A stretch of DNA of 64,000 nt from positions 27,830,705 to 27,894,704 of the forward strand of contig NC_068990.1 in assembly GCF_001194135.2 (NCBI RefSeq), written 5' to 3'. This stretch comes from Octopus bimaculoides. Taxonomy: Eukaryota. The notes under the pieces are model-generated. The model saw only the letters and a list, made by a program, of their open reading frames with translations. It had not been told where the DNA came from and ran no database searches. The position numbers were made by a program, and so were the translations under genes. This document shows positions 1 to 12,814 of the stretch, piece after piece. Positions within the stretch are counted from its first letter, which is position 1; every line of letters starts with the position of its first letter.

Positions 1-733
1 CAAAAGAGAAACTAGCAAATAATATTAAAGAGTAAAAAATGCGGATGAGTAACATATAGCAAAATAAAACGAAAGAATTGCAGATTTAACGTAAGAAACT
101 ACAGTTAGAACAGTTGAGAATAGAACAAATAACTTTTTTAAAAATTGGAATAATTCCATCTTGAAAAACATGAAAAAACTATATTACAATAAAGTAAAGA
201 GGAGTACAAAAAAATGAATATTTTTCATGTTAGAAAAAAATAATTAAATGAATTTNNNNNNNNNNNNNNNNNNNNNNNNNNNNNNNNNNNNNNNNNNNNN
301 NNNNNNNNNNNNNNNNNNNNNNNNNNNNNNNNNNNNNNNNNNNNNNNNNNNNNNNNNNNNNNNNNNNNNNNNNNNNNNNNNNNNNNNNNNNNNNNNNNNN
401 NNNNNNNNNNNNNNNNNNNNNNNNNNNNNNNNNNNNNNNNNNNNNNNNNNNNNNNNNNNNNNNNNNNNNNNNNNNNNNNNNNNNNNNNNNNNNNNNNNNN
501 NNNNNNNNNNNNNNNNNNNNNNNNNNNNNNNNNNNNNNNNNNNNNNNNNNNNNNNNNNNNNNNNNNNNNNNNNNNNNNNNNNNNNNAATGAAACGAAATT
601 GAAAAAAGAATTTAGAGAATATATTTCTGTTTAACGTATTTGTATTCTTTTAGCATATTATTGTTTACAATTGCTGTAACGTAGAGAAATGATGGCATAC
701 TGAAGCACACATTCAGTCATTGCATGTATGTAT

Positions 734-786
<53 letters not shown>

Positions 787-813
787 CATCTATCTACATA
801 TCTATTTATCTAA

Positions 814-864
<51 letters not shown>

Positions 865-890
865 CACACACACCCACCCACACATATATA

Positions 891-1228
891 CAGGCCCAGG
901 CTCGACTGTGTGGTGAGAAGTTTTCTTCTCAAACACATGGTTTCAGGTTCAATCGTACTTCGTGCTACCTTGGCCAAGAGTCTTTTTCTGTAGACCTGGG
1001 TCACCTAAAGCCTTGTGAGAGGATTTGCCAGAGGGAAACGGATTGTTTGTGGGCAAGTATGTAGCTTTCCGTTTGTGCTTATCGCTCAGCATTGCGTGAC
1101 AATCGTTGCTCTTCGGCAAAATAAGCCACTAGGAATAGTACCAAACTTTAAAAAGTGGCACTGGGGTCGATTTGTTCGATAAGATGTTCAAAGCAAGTGT
1201 CGCAGAAACAATCCAATGACTGAAACAA
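891..1228 (+). mobile_element. Degenerate tRNA-derived SINE (family B in this report)
   Basis: Head ctgtgtggtgagaag...ggttcaatc (A/B-box-like), body aagccttgtgag.ggattt...ggaaac, tail ccaatgactgaaacaa; same layout as copies at 20.5, 53.3 and 62.6 kb. Confidence 0.7.
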
Positions 1229-1498
1229 CGGAAGGGCTTGCTCGTGAAATTAACGTGCAAGTAGCTGAGCATTCCAGAGATACCTATACCCTTAACGCAG
1301 TTCTTAGGGAGATTCATCGTGACACAGAGTGTGGCAAGGTCTGCCCTTTGAAGTACAGGTATGGCTCATTTTTGCCAGCTGAGTGGACTGGAGCCACATA
1401 AAATAAGGTTTCATGCTCGAGGACACAATACATCGCCAGGAATTGAACTCACGACCTTACGTTCGTGAGCCGAATGCCCTAAACACTAAGCCACGCAT
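1222..1498 (-). mobile_element. tRNA-derived SINE (octopus OR-like; family name unverified)
   Basis: Minus strand begins gcgtggcttagtgtttagggcattcggctcacga...gagttcaattcctgg (A and B boxes); the gctcgtgaaattaacgtgcaagt.gctgagca module is shared with 12815-13194. Confidence 0.8.
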
Positions 1499-1618
1499 AT
1501 ATATATGTAGCTAGAAGATAATGGATAGATAGTGTACATTTATACACGCTTAGACATGCATAAATGTATGAACGTATGCATGAATGTGTGTATGTATGTG
1601 TATGTGCGTGTGCGTGTA

Positions 1619-1654
<36 letters not shown>

Positions 1655-1839
1655 TGTGTGTGCGTGTGCGTGTGTGCGTGCGTGCGTGCGTGTATCTATA
1701 ACCCGCTTTATTAGTCCGATATTAACATCTCTCCGATTGTAAGGCTAATTGCTAATTTCCTTCTTGGGATCGGAGCAAAGGTCTTCACAGACCGCCGCGG
1801 ATGCTTCTGAGTCAGCAATCCTTATAAAAACTCTATTCT

Positions 1840-2200
1840 ATGCGTGGAACTGTCCGTTGGAAAAGCCTATTTTTCTACTCTGAGTATGAACCAATAAAAT
1901 AGATGAAGCCTAATATTGTAAATTTGATGTGCGATCACTTTACCATTTCTGTGTGACATTCTTTGAACCTTTATAGGCAATGTCGAATTGATGGATCGAG
2001 CGAGATAATTTACAGCAGAAACATTTGATCACTTTAAAGGAATCATCGGTACAGTTTGTTCAGCAAATTGCCCCAATATGATCTTCTGTTTACCAAGTAT
2101 ACCGTATTTGTTGTTTACGAGAGTGGCACCTGACCTGATATAATCGAATTTGAAAATGCCACATTATTGTAATACTGTAATATGTAGAGATTATATAACA
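1840..2200 (+). pseudogene. Possible very old Penelope-like RT remnant
   Basis: Stop-riddled frame reads YCKFDVRSLY...WIERD...IAPI, resembling PLE RT motifs FDVxSLYT and (M)APxYA; heavily decayed. Confidence 0.35.
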
Positions 2201-2384
2201 CGTCTCTGTAGTGACTTTGTTGTATTGGGAGTCGTCTGCCTTTCGTTGGTAGGAAAACAATTTTGTGTTGCTTTGTGAAATTTCTCATACCATTTCTCTC
2301 TAGGAAATCAGGAGAGAATCATCAGTGTATTTTTTTTCAGTAGCAGAGCAACATTTGTACTTAAAATGCACGCACAGAAACGGA

Positions 2385-2880
2385 AGAAACTCTACGAGTC
2401 GTAGTGAATATGCGCCGAGATACAGATGCTAAACTCTTAAAGAGAATAAAGGAAGGTATTTAACTCAATAGAAGATGTGCTCAAAACAAAGATAGGCAAT
2501 ACCATACGTGTCAGACTCTTCAATAGTAACGTTCTGCTTGCGCTCTTATACACTGGCGAAACGTAGCCTACGCCGAAGATGATAGAACATCGATTGGCTG
2601 CGATGCAAAGGGCCATTGAAAGATCCATGCTAGCAATATCTTTACGAGAGCATAATTCGAGAATGGTGTAGAATGAACGATGTGTTTGTAGAATACGGAA
2701 AGCACAAGCTGGGCTGAATATATTGCTGGGTTCACAGAGCCCGAGATCGGAAAAGGCCGTTTGGAAGACCTTCACAACAGGGGTAATATGATAAATTCAA
2801 GCAATTTGGGTGGAGATGAAAAAGAATAGTTCAAACAAGACAGAATTAGAAGTGCATTGTGACCGGCGGTGTATAGCAGC
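2385..2880 (+). mobile_element. RTE-clade LINE 3' fragment (RT C-terminal part), decayed
   Basis: Frameshifted translation FNSIEDVLK...RLFNSNVLLALLYTGET*...AMQRAIERSML...PRDRKRPFGRP matches RTE-1-type C-terminal motifs. Confidence 0.8.
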
Positions 2881-4699
2881 ATCTGGTGATTTGATCGATA
2901 CAGTGATACAGTGAAGTTGACTAAAACTTGAGATAAGTAGACTCTAGCTGTGTTTCATATTTGCTTTTAAACCAAGAGATAAAGGCAGATGCTGAAGCTT
3001 CAAATCTCTTTTCTAAATCAGCAACGTCAGTTGACTCTTTCATTTGAAGATAGAACGTTGATATTATTTCAACAAGTTTCGTCAGTTAAAATTCAGAAAA
3101 TTTAGACATTTCGTGTACATGTCATGATATACAGTCTTTAGAAATTGTAGCATTATTAATATTATATTTACTATTCATTCCTACAAACATTTTGTGCTAA
3201 AGTTTTAAAGTCTTCTGCAACTGTATAAAGTTTTACCTATATTTGCTGTTCAATAGCTAATACGAAATCAAATACGTAAAACATTTTTGTTTATAAACAT
3301 AAACGTCGAAAATATAGATTTCCTTTCATTCAATTCAAAAGAGTTTCCTTTAAAACAGATTCAATTCCAAACATTTCTTTTTTAAATAGACTCAATTCTA
3401 AAGACTTTCTCTTAAAATATTCATCTCTTGGATTTTTGAAATTCGAGTCTTTTGCCTCTCAATATCATTTCAGTTTAGGCGCATTAAAAAAACTGCTATT
3501 ACTTAGAAAATGTATTCATTTAAGACGCATTCCAAATAATTCAGTCTTATCACCGTACTGGTGATAAGGTAAAACCGTTAGCAATAAAAATTGCACCATA
3601 TTTTACGATGTTCAGCTTGTGATGCTGTTGATAAACACAAACATGCCCCAGCTGGATAACATCTCCTTAATGTGCGGTGGTTCACTTCTGATTTTTCAAT
3701 ATTGATTGTTCTTTTTTTTGTTTTTTTTTACACATTTATCAATTGCGGGTTACATCTTATTGCGTAAGTGAAAGACATGGCTGTACGTTTAAGAAATTCT
3801 TGTCGTAAAAACCTGACCGTTGCTTCTATCATATTGTAAAACATATTGGACAAGTTAATTTGGGATCAAGATAACCATGATTTTGTGAGGGAATTTCATA
3901 TTGTCTAGAAGCTATGTATGTATGTATGTATGCATGTATATATTTATGTATGTATGTGAATATATCTACCTCTCTCACTCTCTCTCTCTACACGCACACA
4001 TATATAAATATATATATATATATATAATATATGTGTGTGTATGCACGTGTGTATGCACGTGTGTATGTGTGTATGCAGACATATTTGAGTGTGCCAGACT
4101 CATTGAAAACACGAGTTGACACTTGTTCTGTTTCAGTGATACTAAAGAACCCTTCACCGATTTTCCCTCCAGTTGTGGTCTGGTAATTACACATTGGAGG
4201 TTTTGCGAAGGGCGTTGAAAAATGGGTGCTAATAAAGTGATTGTAAAAAGAAGAATGCTATAATCTTCGGAAGTAAGAGTATTGATAACTTGAATTAATG
4301 GTAAACAAAATAATCCGCTTGATAACTGAAAGAATGCATGCAATAAGTGTTTTACGAATTATAAAAGGAAAGCCAAACGAACGAAAGACAGAACATACTT
4401 AGACATACAAATACGTGCTACCAGCTCTACTATGAAATGCCAGATTCGGATGCAAGAGAATTTGAATAAATTAACACACACACACAACTAGAGAGCAATG
4501 CGAGACGGAGGGAGGAACGAATGAGAGAAAAGCTTTACGTGTGCCTCTGTTCATTCACCCTCTCGCACACAATTTGCATCCATTCCTGTCCCTCCTTCCT
4601 TCCTGCCTTCCTTCCTTTCTTCCTTCCTTCTTTCTTTCTTTCCTTCCTTCCTTCCTTCCTTCCTTCCTTCCTTCCTTCCTTCCTTCCTTCTTCCCTTCC

Positions 4700-4990
4700 T
4701 TCCTTCTTATCCGTTTAGTGGTTGTGGAATCCATTGATGAAGTCGCAACTAGATTTCACCATTTCTATCAGTCTTCTGCTTCCCTCTGTGAGCAACAAAA
4801 TCGAGGGCCGTCCACTCTTTGATGTTACCTCAAGCGATGTGCAATCCAACGTAGTTTCTGAATATTGCTTCGCAACACTCATTCTTCTCCAGGTAGTTGG
4901 CCACAATCGTACGCCTCTACCTAAGACATCCCAGTGGCTGTACATCTGACTGTTGGATCAAGTTTGACCTGGGATTAAATATCATCGTAA
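4700..4990 (-). mobile_element. Possible RTE LINE extreme 3' remnant
   Basis: Minus frame contains GNIKEWTALDF...DR, similar to the DNIKEWTG motif at RTE ORF ends; little other support. Confidence 0.35.
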
Positions 4991-5150
4991 TATCCTTCAA
5001 CCACATAAATACAGACCCAAACAAATACACCAACAAGCATCAATGTGACCAGGAGTGAGAGAGCATATCATTGAAGAGGTGTTGAACGGCGTCGAAAGGA
5101 ATTTGACTAACATAAATGATTAATTAACCGAATTACTATTTTCTACTCTA

Positions 5151-5220
5151 GGCACAAGGCTCGAAATTTTGGGGTAGGGGGCTAGTCGATTAGATCGACC
5201 CCAGTAAGCAACTGGTATTG
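5151..5220 (-). mobile_element. SINE family A, 3' fragment
   Basis: ggcacaaggc...gtcgattagatcgaccccagta is the reverse complement of the 3' part of the copy at 56970-57148. Confidence 0.75.
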
Positions 5221-5226
5221 AGCTTA

Positions 5227-5324
5227 ATATTTGCTGCAGCCCATCTTTTATACCAAGAGAAATCAATGTACACGAAAACACTTCCAATCAGTTAAGATCA
5301 GAAACCAAGAGAGCCACTGTCTGG

Positions 5325-5326
<2 letters not shown>
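5227..5326 (-). mobile_element. Partial copy of the 547-bp TAA-flanked element
   Basis: Matches 59690-59790 (ccatcttttatacca...cttccaatca.ttaagatcagaa.c.a.gagagccactg.ctggt) and abuts (TTA)n. Confidence 0.85.
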
Positions 5327-5400
<74 letters not shown>

Positions 5401-5415
5401 CATTATTATTACTAA

Positions 5416-5630
5416 GGCACTGAGCTGGCAGAATTATTAGCACTCTGGGCGAAGCGCTTAGCGACATTTCGTCCGTCTTCACGCATTGAGTTCAAATTCT
5501 GCCGAGGACGACTTTGACTTTCATGCTTTCGGGGTCAATAAAATAAGTAACATCTGGACATTGGGGTCCATGTAATGGGCTTTGCCTCACCCCTAACATT
5601 GCTGGCCTTGTGCCAAAATTTGAAACAAAT
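5416..5630 (+). mobile_element. SINE family A, full-length degenerate copy
   Basis: gagctggcagaa..ttagcac...gagttcaaatt.tgccgagg..gactttg.ctttcat.ctttcggggtc...ggccttgtgcc; aligns with 55001-55228. Confidence 0.85.
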
Positions 5631-6135
5631 ATTATTATTATTACTACACTCATATTTCCTTGCACATTGTGGATATACCCGACTGTTTTTGTCTTATCAT
5701 CATTGTTCTTATTAACTATCAAAGCATAGACAATATATAGCATTCTCATTGCTTCAGCTGCTCCAAGAAGGGTAGATGTTTCGAACACATTGGAAACTGT
5801 TAACACGTGAATTAGATGTTAAAATTTAAAATGTTAAAGTCACGGTAAATTTACCACCAGGTAAATGACTAGATCTGAATCTTTTAATGTTATCTAACAC
5901 CTGTCAGAGTCACATTAGATAGATGCTATTTCATTAAAAATGACGTTTCACTCCTTTTAATCTAAAACACCTTTTTATTTATATATAAAATGTCACTTTC
6001 AATGCGATTAGTTAGTTCACTTGTAAGACAAATAGAAATGAATGTCAAACACAGGTGTAAGCATGAATAAAAGTAAACATACTGCGAAAATGTGTGCATT
6101 GATGTATGTGCATTAGTTCACATAACCTTATGTAC

Positions 6136-6167
<32 letters not shown>

Positions 6168-8169
6168 NNNNNNNNNNNNNNNNNNNNNNNNNNNNNNNNN
6201 NNNNNNNNNNNNNNNNNNNNNNNNNNNNNNNNNNNNNNNNNNNNNNNNNNNNNNNNNNNNNNNNNNNNNNNNNNNNNNNNNNNNNNNNNNNNNNNNNNNN
6301 NNNNNNNNNNNNNNNNNNNNNNNNNNNNTATATATATATATATATTGTTCAAAATCGTACAAAAAAAAACAAAAAAAAAGACAGGCAGATGTGGGGAAGC
6401 AACAAACAAGCTGTATCTGTTGGACGCTTAGGAAATATGGAAAAGTCTTGACATTTCGAGCCTACGCACTTTTACTGAAAAGAATGGGGAGAGAAAATAG
6501 ATAGAGAGAAGGAAAAAACGGAGAGAAAAAGAAAAACTGTTTGGATTAACAGGTGCACTCACTTAATATAAACTTAAACTACAACAAACAAATACATAAT
6601 TACTATGGAAGACTGGTGGGATTATTATTTGCATGGATTTAAAGATTGGTTGCTATTTAGCATATAATTTTAGTCATTGTAGGTTTACTATTAATACCGA
6701 TACAGACGTACATAGATTCATGTGTTTCTTTGTTGTTTAATTTTAAATTTAATGTTTAATCTTGCCTATGTTTACATTAAATGAATGTGGTATTTAAGCT
6801 TTCGCTTTTATATTATACTATGGAAGACTGTAGGGAATAAAATGTGTGACTTAAAAGTTTGGTCGCTCCTTAGTCACATATTTAGGAGTTGGTTATTGAA
6901 TTACTTATTGAATTTATTTATCGATACTGCTATACATTGGGTAAATGTGTTTGAAAGCTGTTGTCTCTTAGGTATGTTTGTTCCCAAATAACTCTTATTT
7001 TAGTGCTGTTGACACTGCCCGATTAAATAGTACTGCCCAGGTGTCGAAAACCAGTGCTCAGAAAGTTCACAATTCTAATTCCAAATTCTTCATGCAGGGA
7101 AGATAGACTAGAGGACAGAAACGTCCTCTAGAAGGGCGTTCGGAATTGAAGGGCTTCGGAATTTGAAAGAGAGGGACAAACGATAACAGGTGGAAGGAAT
7201 ATATATCTATATGAACGATTTCATATACAAATTACAGATGTTTCCAAAGATCGATAACTGTTTCATATAAAAATTATGCAAGGGGGTAGGATACTGGGGC
7301 AATATTGTGCGTATAGCTAATAGAAAAACAAAGTAGGAACTAGCACGGATTTTGACAGATTTGTACAGCAGAGTCACAGCAGTTTCTGCAGAAGGTGAAG
7401 GACGAATATGTTCTACTGATAACTCCCTATTCAGTGTGGAAACAAATCAACAATGATGTTACTTTAAGATATAATGCTACCTTTTCAATTTGTAGATATA
7501 TACATATATTCTTGTATTACTTTACTTGTCTAAATTAGCTGAAGGCGATTGTTCGAGAAGACATCGCGATATACGGTAAAATACTGTGGGGTATTATTAA
7601 GTATTATTGCTTTAAACCTTAACCTATAGAGAGCTCCGACGGAGGCAGTCATATGACAGATCATCTGTCCTGTTAAGGGATACGGCTTGCCGTCTTTGAG
7701 ATAGAAAAGGTCGTCATAGAATGTTCAGAGATGAAGCACTTTTCACTATCTATCTACACGGACAGGTTTAACCTCAGGCAACCACAGATCATAAAATTTA
7801 ATTATGCCCATTGCTTGAAAAACTCGAATCGTTCATTCCAATGTAATTCATGGAACAAATATTATGGAAGAGCTGAACATAAGATATTTTATGAAATTTA
7901 TATTGTATCTGAACAAAAAAAAATAATTACTATGAAAAATAATAGCAAATATATAAAGGCTGCCGTAATTGCAGATGGATTATTATAGATATAAATATCC
8001 CAAGAGACGAGTTGATTAAAAATATAAAAAAGAAATGTAAATGTGAAAAAAGTTTTACAAAATTTAACAAATATAAAGAAAAGTGAATAGAGAAAAAGAG
8101 ATCTATTGATCTAATCACTGATCAAAAGCAAGCGCAAGTGCAGATTAAATTAAATTTTTCAGGGACATC

Positions 8170-8490
8170 ATAGAGATAAAGCAGACGAGATGAAGATGAT
8201 CATGGCAATCAGCTTCGTCTTTGCTGTCATCGTCAAAAACATGAACATTAATAATTTCATCAGAATTGTGACTGAAATCATTAGCATCATCGTCATCGTG
8301 ATCATCAAATTCATCATCATCAGCACCATCTTCATCATCCGTATCGTCGTTATTAACATTATTATCATTTTAAACAGAAACTACCAAAATTCATCACTAT
8401 CGACATCACCGTTCATCAACGAACACCTCTTAACCTCATCACCACCACCATCATCGACATGTTCATCGTCGTCGTCGTCGTCATCATCAT
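8170..8490. repeat. Degenerate (ATC)n/(GTC)n trinucleotide tract
   Basis: Runs of catcat/cgtcgt with substitutions. Confidence 0.85.
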
Positions 8491-8840
8491 CATTCAGTTA
8501 CTACTGATTCAATTCCGAAACAATTTACTCTGCCAGTTCACTTCGCAAACTCTTCATATTTATTACACCAAATTTCCAAAATGTTCCCTATGCTCTTCTG
8601 AAATACTTTCCTCGCGGTTCCACCGTAAAATTGGTATTTCTCTCTTTTAAAAGAATCGTAAATCATCACAAATAGGCTGATTTCGGAATGAATACGAAAC
8701 GGACTGTGGCCGTGCTTGGGCACTGTTGTTGAGGGCTTTAGCCAAACAAATCTCAGTACCATTTTTTTTTTTTAATTCTTATACGTGTTGTCAGGCAAAT
8801 ACTGTTGGGCTCCACCACACATACAGAAACACATACGCAA

Positions 8841-8876
<36 letters not shown>

Positions 8877-9666
8877 TTTCGATGGACTTCTACACAGTTT
8901 CCGTGTACCAAAATCACTTAAAATGCAGTGGTGAAGGGCTCGTGTCTACATTTGAAAACTTTTGCGTAAGTTGCCGCACCGTGAGACTGAACTCATAATT
9001 TAGTAGTTGCAAAGCTAGATTAGCATCACAGCTACACCTGCTGAATACATTAACAAAAAGATGGAGGATATGATGCCAATGACTGTGCTCGTAAAAATAA
9101 AGGGGCGTGTTAAGATGGAGACGATGACGATGACAAAAAATAAAAAAAGACGATGTAATGAGGAGAGAAACGAGTGGAGGAGACAAAGAACAGGAGAAAA
9201 CAAAGAATTACACACATACGGCAGATATGAAATTAGGTGAAAGAATAAATGACAAACACCGAAGAAAAAATAATGAAAAAGAATTTAGGATGTGTATGTA
9301 GGAATATAACGTCGTACTAAATGGATTTTACAGCGAATTTAATGGTATACCTTAAGATAATGAATAACGAAAATCTATTGTCTTTTTATTGAGATACAAT
9401 AAGCACGATTTTAAAACAAAATATGTTTGAGTATTATTTTTTGTTATATATTACTAAATTGGATTTTAATGTGGAGTTTCGTCTAAATAGGTTTCATAAA
9501 ACAAACAATTTACCTTGTATTTATTCTATGTTAATTTCTCCATGAAAGAGAGGAAAGAGAAAACTCTCACACGCACACACATGCAAACATATTCTTTTAT
9601 ATACTTGCATATATTTTGATATGTCCTTATATATATATATATATATATACCTACATTTATAAGCAG

Positions 9667-9761
<95 letters not shown>

Positions 9762-11943
9762 CATTATCTAATTTAAGATATTCTACTCAGCTTTTGTGCA
9801 ATATCGTAAATATTTCTTCTCGTTACATTTATTTATAATCTTTTAAACCAAAAATATAACATTTTTCTTGTTTCTTTTTGTTGTTGTTGTTGTTGTTTTT
9901 GACGATGATGAAGATGATAATGATGTTATTGTTGCGGGTCTCTAATTCTTGGTTGGTTCTCGCCAGGCATGTGCCGTCAGTAATTACTTATGGTAGGCGG
10001 TTGGCAACCTATATGTAGCAAAACATACAAAAAATAACCGAAGCACAGGCGTGCGACGGAATTGTAGGCAGATCTATTTCTGCCTTTATATTACGTAAAG
10101 AAAACTTTGTGGTAGAAAAGTGCTTATCACGTGTACTAAAGCAGTGCTATGCGTAGCTTAAATACTGTGATTGAAAAGAAGGGGTGAATTATGCCTACTT
10201 AATCTACAATGCGTTTTATGCACAATAATCAGAGTAACCTTCATAATTTTATTGAATTGGGTGCATAATTTTCTATGAGAGGGAAATGTTGCTATCGATG
10301 TATTTTATTCAAGGTAGGCACTGCCTACCTTGCCTACCATGGCGGCTTAACACTGGTTCTTGGCTAGGCAAACAGGCCAACATTACCCTTGGTCGACAGG
10401 GGTATCCAATTAAAACTCAGAGAACTGGAACAAAGTGAAATGAAGTGTTTTGCTCGAGAATACAACACATAGTCCGATGTAGGAATAGAAGATGTCACAA
10501 TTTGGATTGCAAAACCCATAACCACAAGGCAACACCCCTTCACAATTTATGAAGTGGCTCTTAAATATTCATTTTCATAGTTGCTGGAGAATTTTCCATA
10601 TCTGCATGGCTTTTCTGTTACAACAAATAATTTCTCGTTTCAAAAGTCTGGATATTGGAAATATGTTGATGCTGGAAAGTTTCCATCAATGGTTCCTGTG
10701 TTTAAACTTTTCTTTTTTTTCTGAAATACATAATTATTTTCTTTACGTATAACATGAGAGAATTTCTCAGGTATAGCATTGTATACAGGTTTAGTCACAT
10801 CATGGCGCATTGGGAAATAGAAAATTAACTGATAGTTTTATGTAGATAATGCCACATGTGCATTATAATCCATTCTACAGAAATGTGATTTAATCAGCAT
10901 TTTCATTGCATTTTCGTGGTTTTAAGGAAACTAATTTCGTTCATTAAATATGCAGCAGCTCGCATCTATTTGTATTGTAAAAAAAAAAGAATATGCATAC
11001 ACACATACACACACATACATACATACAAGATGTTCAATGATTTATTTTTAGCTGTCGAAGAGAAAACGAAGCCAGACGAAAAATACACGATGCTATATAA
11101 GAACAATAAATGGCACCACATCGTGGAAAGTTCCAAATTGGGAAGTATATCTAAACAAATACAAAACGAGCATTTAAAATACAACCTATATACATATGTA
11201 TGTATATGTATGTATATACATATATATATANNNNNNNNNNNNNNNNNNNNNNNNNNNNNNNNNNNNNNNNNNNNNNNNNNNNNNNNNNNNNNNNNNNNNN
11301 NNNNNNNNNNNNNNNNNNNNNNNNNNNNNNNNNNNNNNNNNNNNNNNNNNNNNNNNNNNNNNNNNNNNNNNNNNNNNNNNNNNNNNNNNNNNNNNNNNNN
11401 NNNNNNNNNNNNNNNNNNNNNNNNNNNNNNNNNNNNNNNNNNNNNNNNNNNNNNNNNNNNNNNNNNNNNNNNNNNNNNNNNNNNNNNNNNNNNNNNNNNN
11501 NNNNNNNNNNNNNNNNNNNNNNNNNNNNNNNNNNNNNNNNNNNNNNNNNNNNNNNNNNNNNNNNNNNNNNNNNNNNNNNNNNNNNNNNNNNNNNNNNNNN
11601 NNNNNNNNNNNNNNNNNNNNNNNNNNNNNNNNNNNNNNNNNNNNNNNNNNNNNNNNNNNNNNNNNNNNNNNNNNTTAAACAGAGTTCAACACATTCGTTC
11701 ATATTTATGTAAATGGAGGAGATTAGATGGTAAAATGGATTATAGTTTTTATTACTCATGCTGCTATACAATTTGTCTCATACAAAAAGACTCAAATATT
11801 CATAATAGAACGTCGGAATTGTTGAATTGTACACGTCGGTAGCTTGGATAAAAACTAAAAAAGACGTTAGAAGTACATAGATTTCCCTTAGTAATCATAT
11901 TGTAATAACGCGTTCGTTCTTGGAGTCATGTCTATTTTAAACA

Positions 11944-11981
<38 letters not shown>

Positions 11982-12814
11982 AAAATCATGCGATATTATG
12001 ATATATGGTGAATTATATTGCATTGCCTATGTTATAAGCCGTGTTACGGTATGTCGTGTGCTATATATAATACTATCCAATGATAACCCCTGTGTAGTTA
12101 GTCTGACTTCATCCTCTTTTGGTGATTACACTATTTTCCTTTCTTTTATATTCTACCCTACTGATCATATTATCTATACTTGTGATTTTATGTAAGTAGG
12201 TCTCCTTTCGACTATATCATATACCCCCTAGCAACTATAAAATAGTACATGCAATAGCACCTGTAACATTACAACTTATAAAATCTGTTCGATTTGAATA
12301 CCTTTAACTGCCCTCACCACCCGCTCTTTTCGGGTCACTTTTTTTCTCTTCCCTACCTTTAATTTTAATCCCCTGTCTCTTTAAATGTAGGTTATATGTA
12401 TTTCTTATTATTTTCTATAAATTCTTATTATTTTCTCTTCTTATATTGATATCCTTACTAATTAACTACGTATCCCTTATAAATTGTTACTTATCTTGTT
12501 CTTAAATAGATATTTTTGGTTACTTAAGTAATATGCGAGATATTTATACTATATCCAAATAAACGTATAAATATTTGTGTATGTGCATATATGCATATAC
12601 ACATATATAAATGTGTGTGTATCTGTATGCATCTTTACATCTTTCCGATTCATAGCTTAAAATTAATAGATAGCATGTGTATCTTTCCAGTTATTCCATA
12701 AGTAAATGCCCTGAGTAGTCTTTATAGAAACCACCTAATAAGTAATTAATTAAGTACATCAATGAATATTAAACTGATTCTATGTAATTGTCCTTTTTAA
12801 TGTTTCTAATTTAT

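Noticed and set aside
3770-3800. 12-nt match to the 5' end of miR-71 (tgaaagacatgg)
   Set aside because: The match stops after 12 nt and there is no complementary star arm.
5865-5885. 10-nt match to miR-279 (tgactagatc)
   Set aside because: No hairpin partner and the 3' part is divergent.
10530-10830. Partly open minus-strand frames with a tttcag acceptor
   Set aside because: All frames stop within about 35 codons and no family is recognised.
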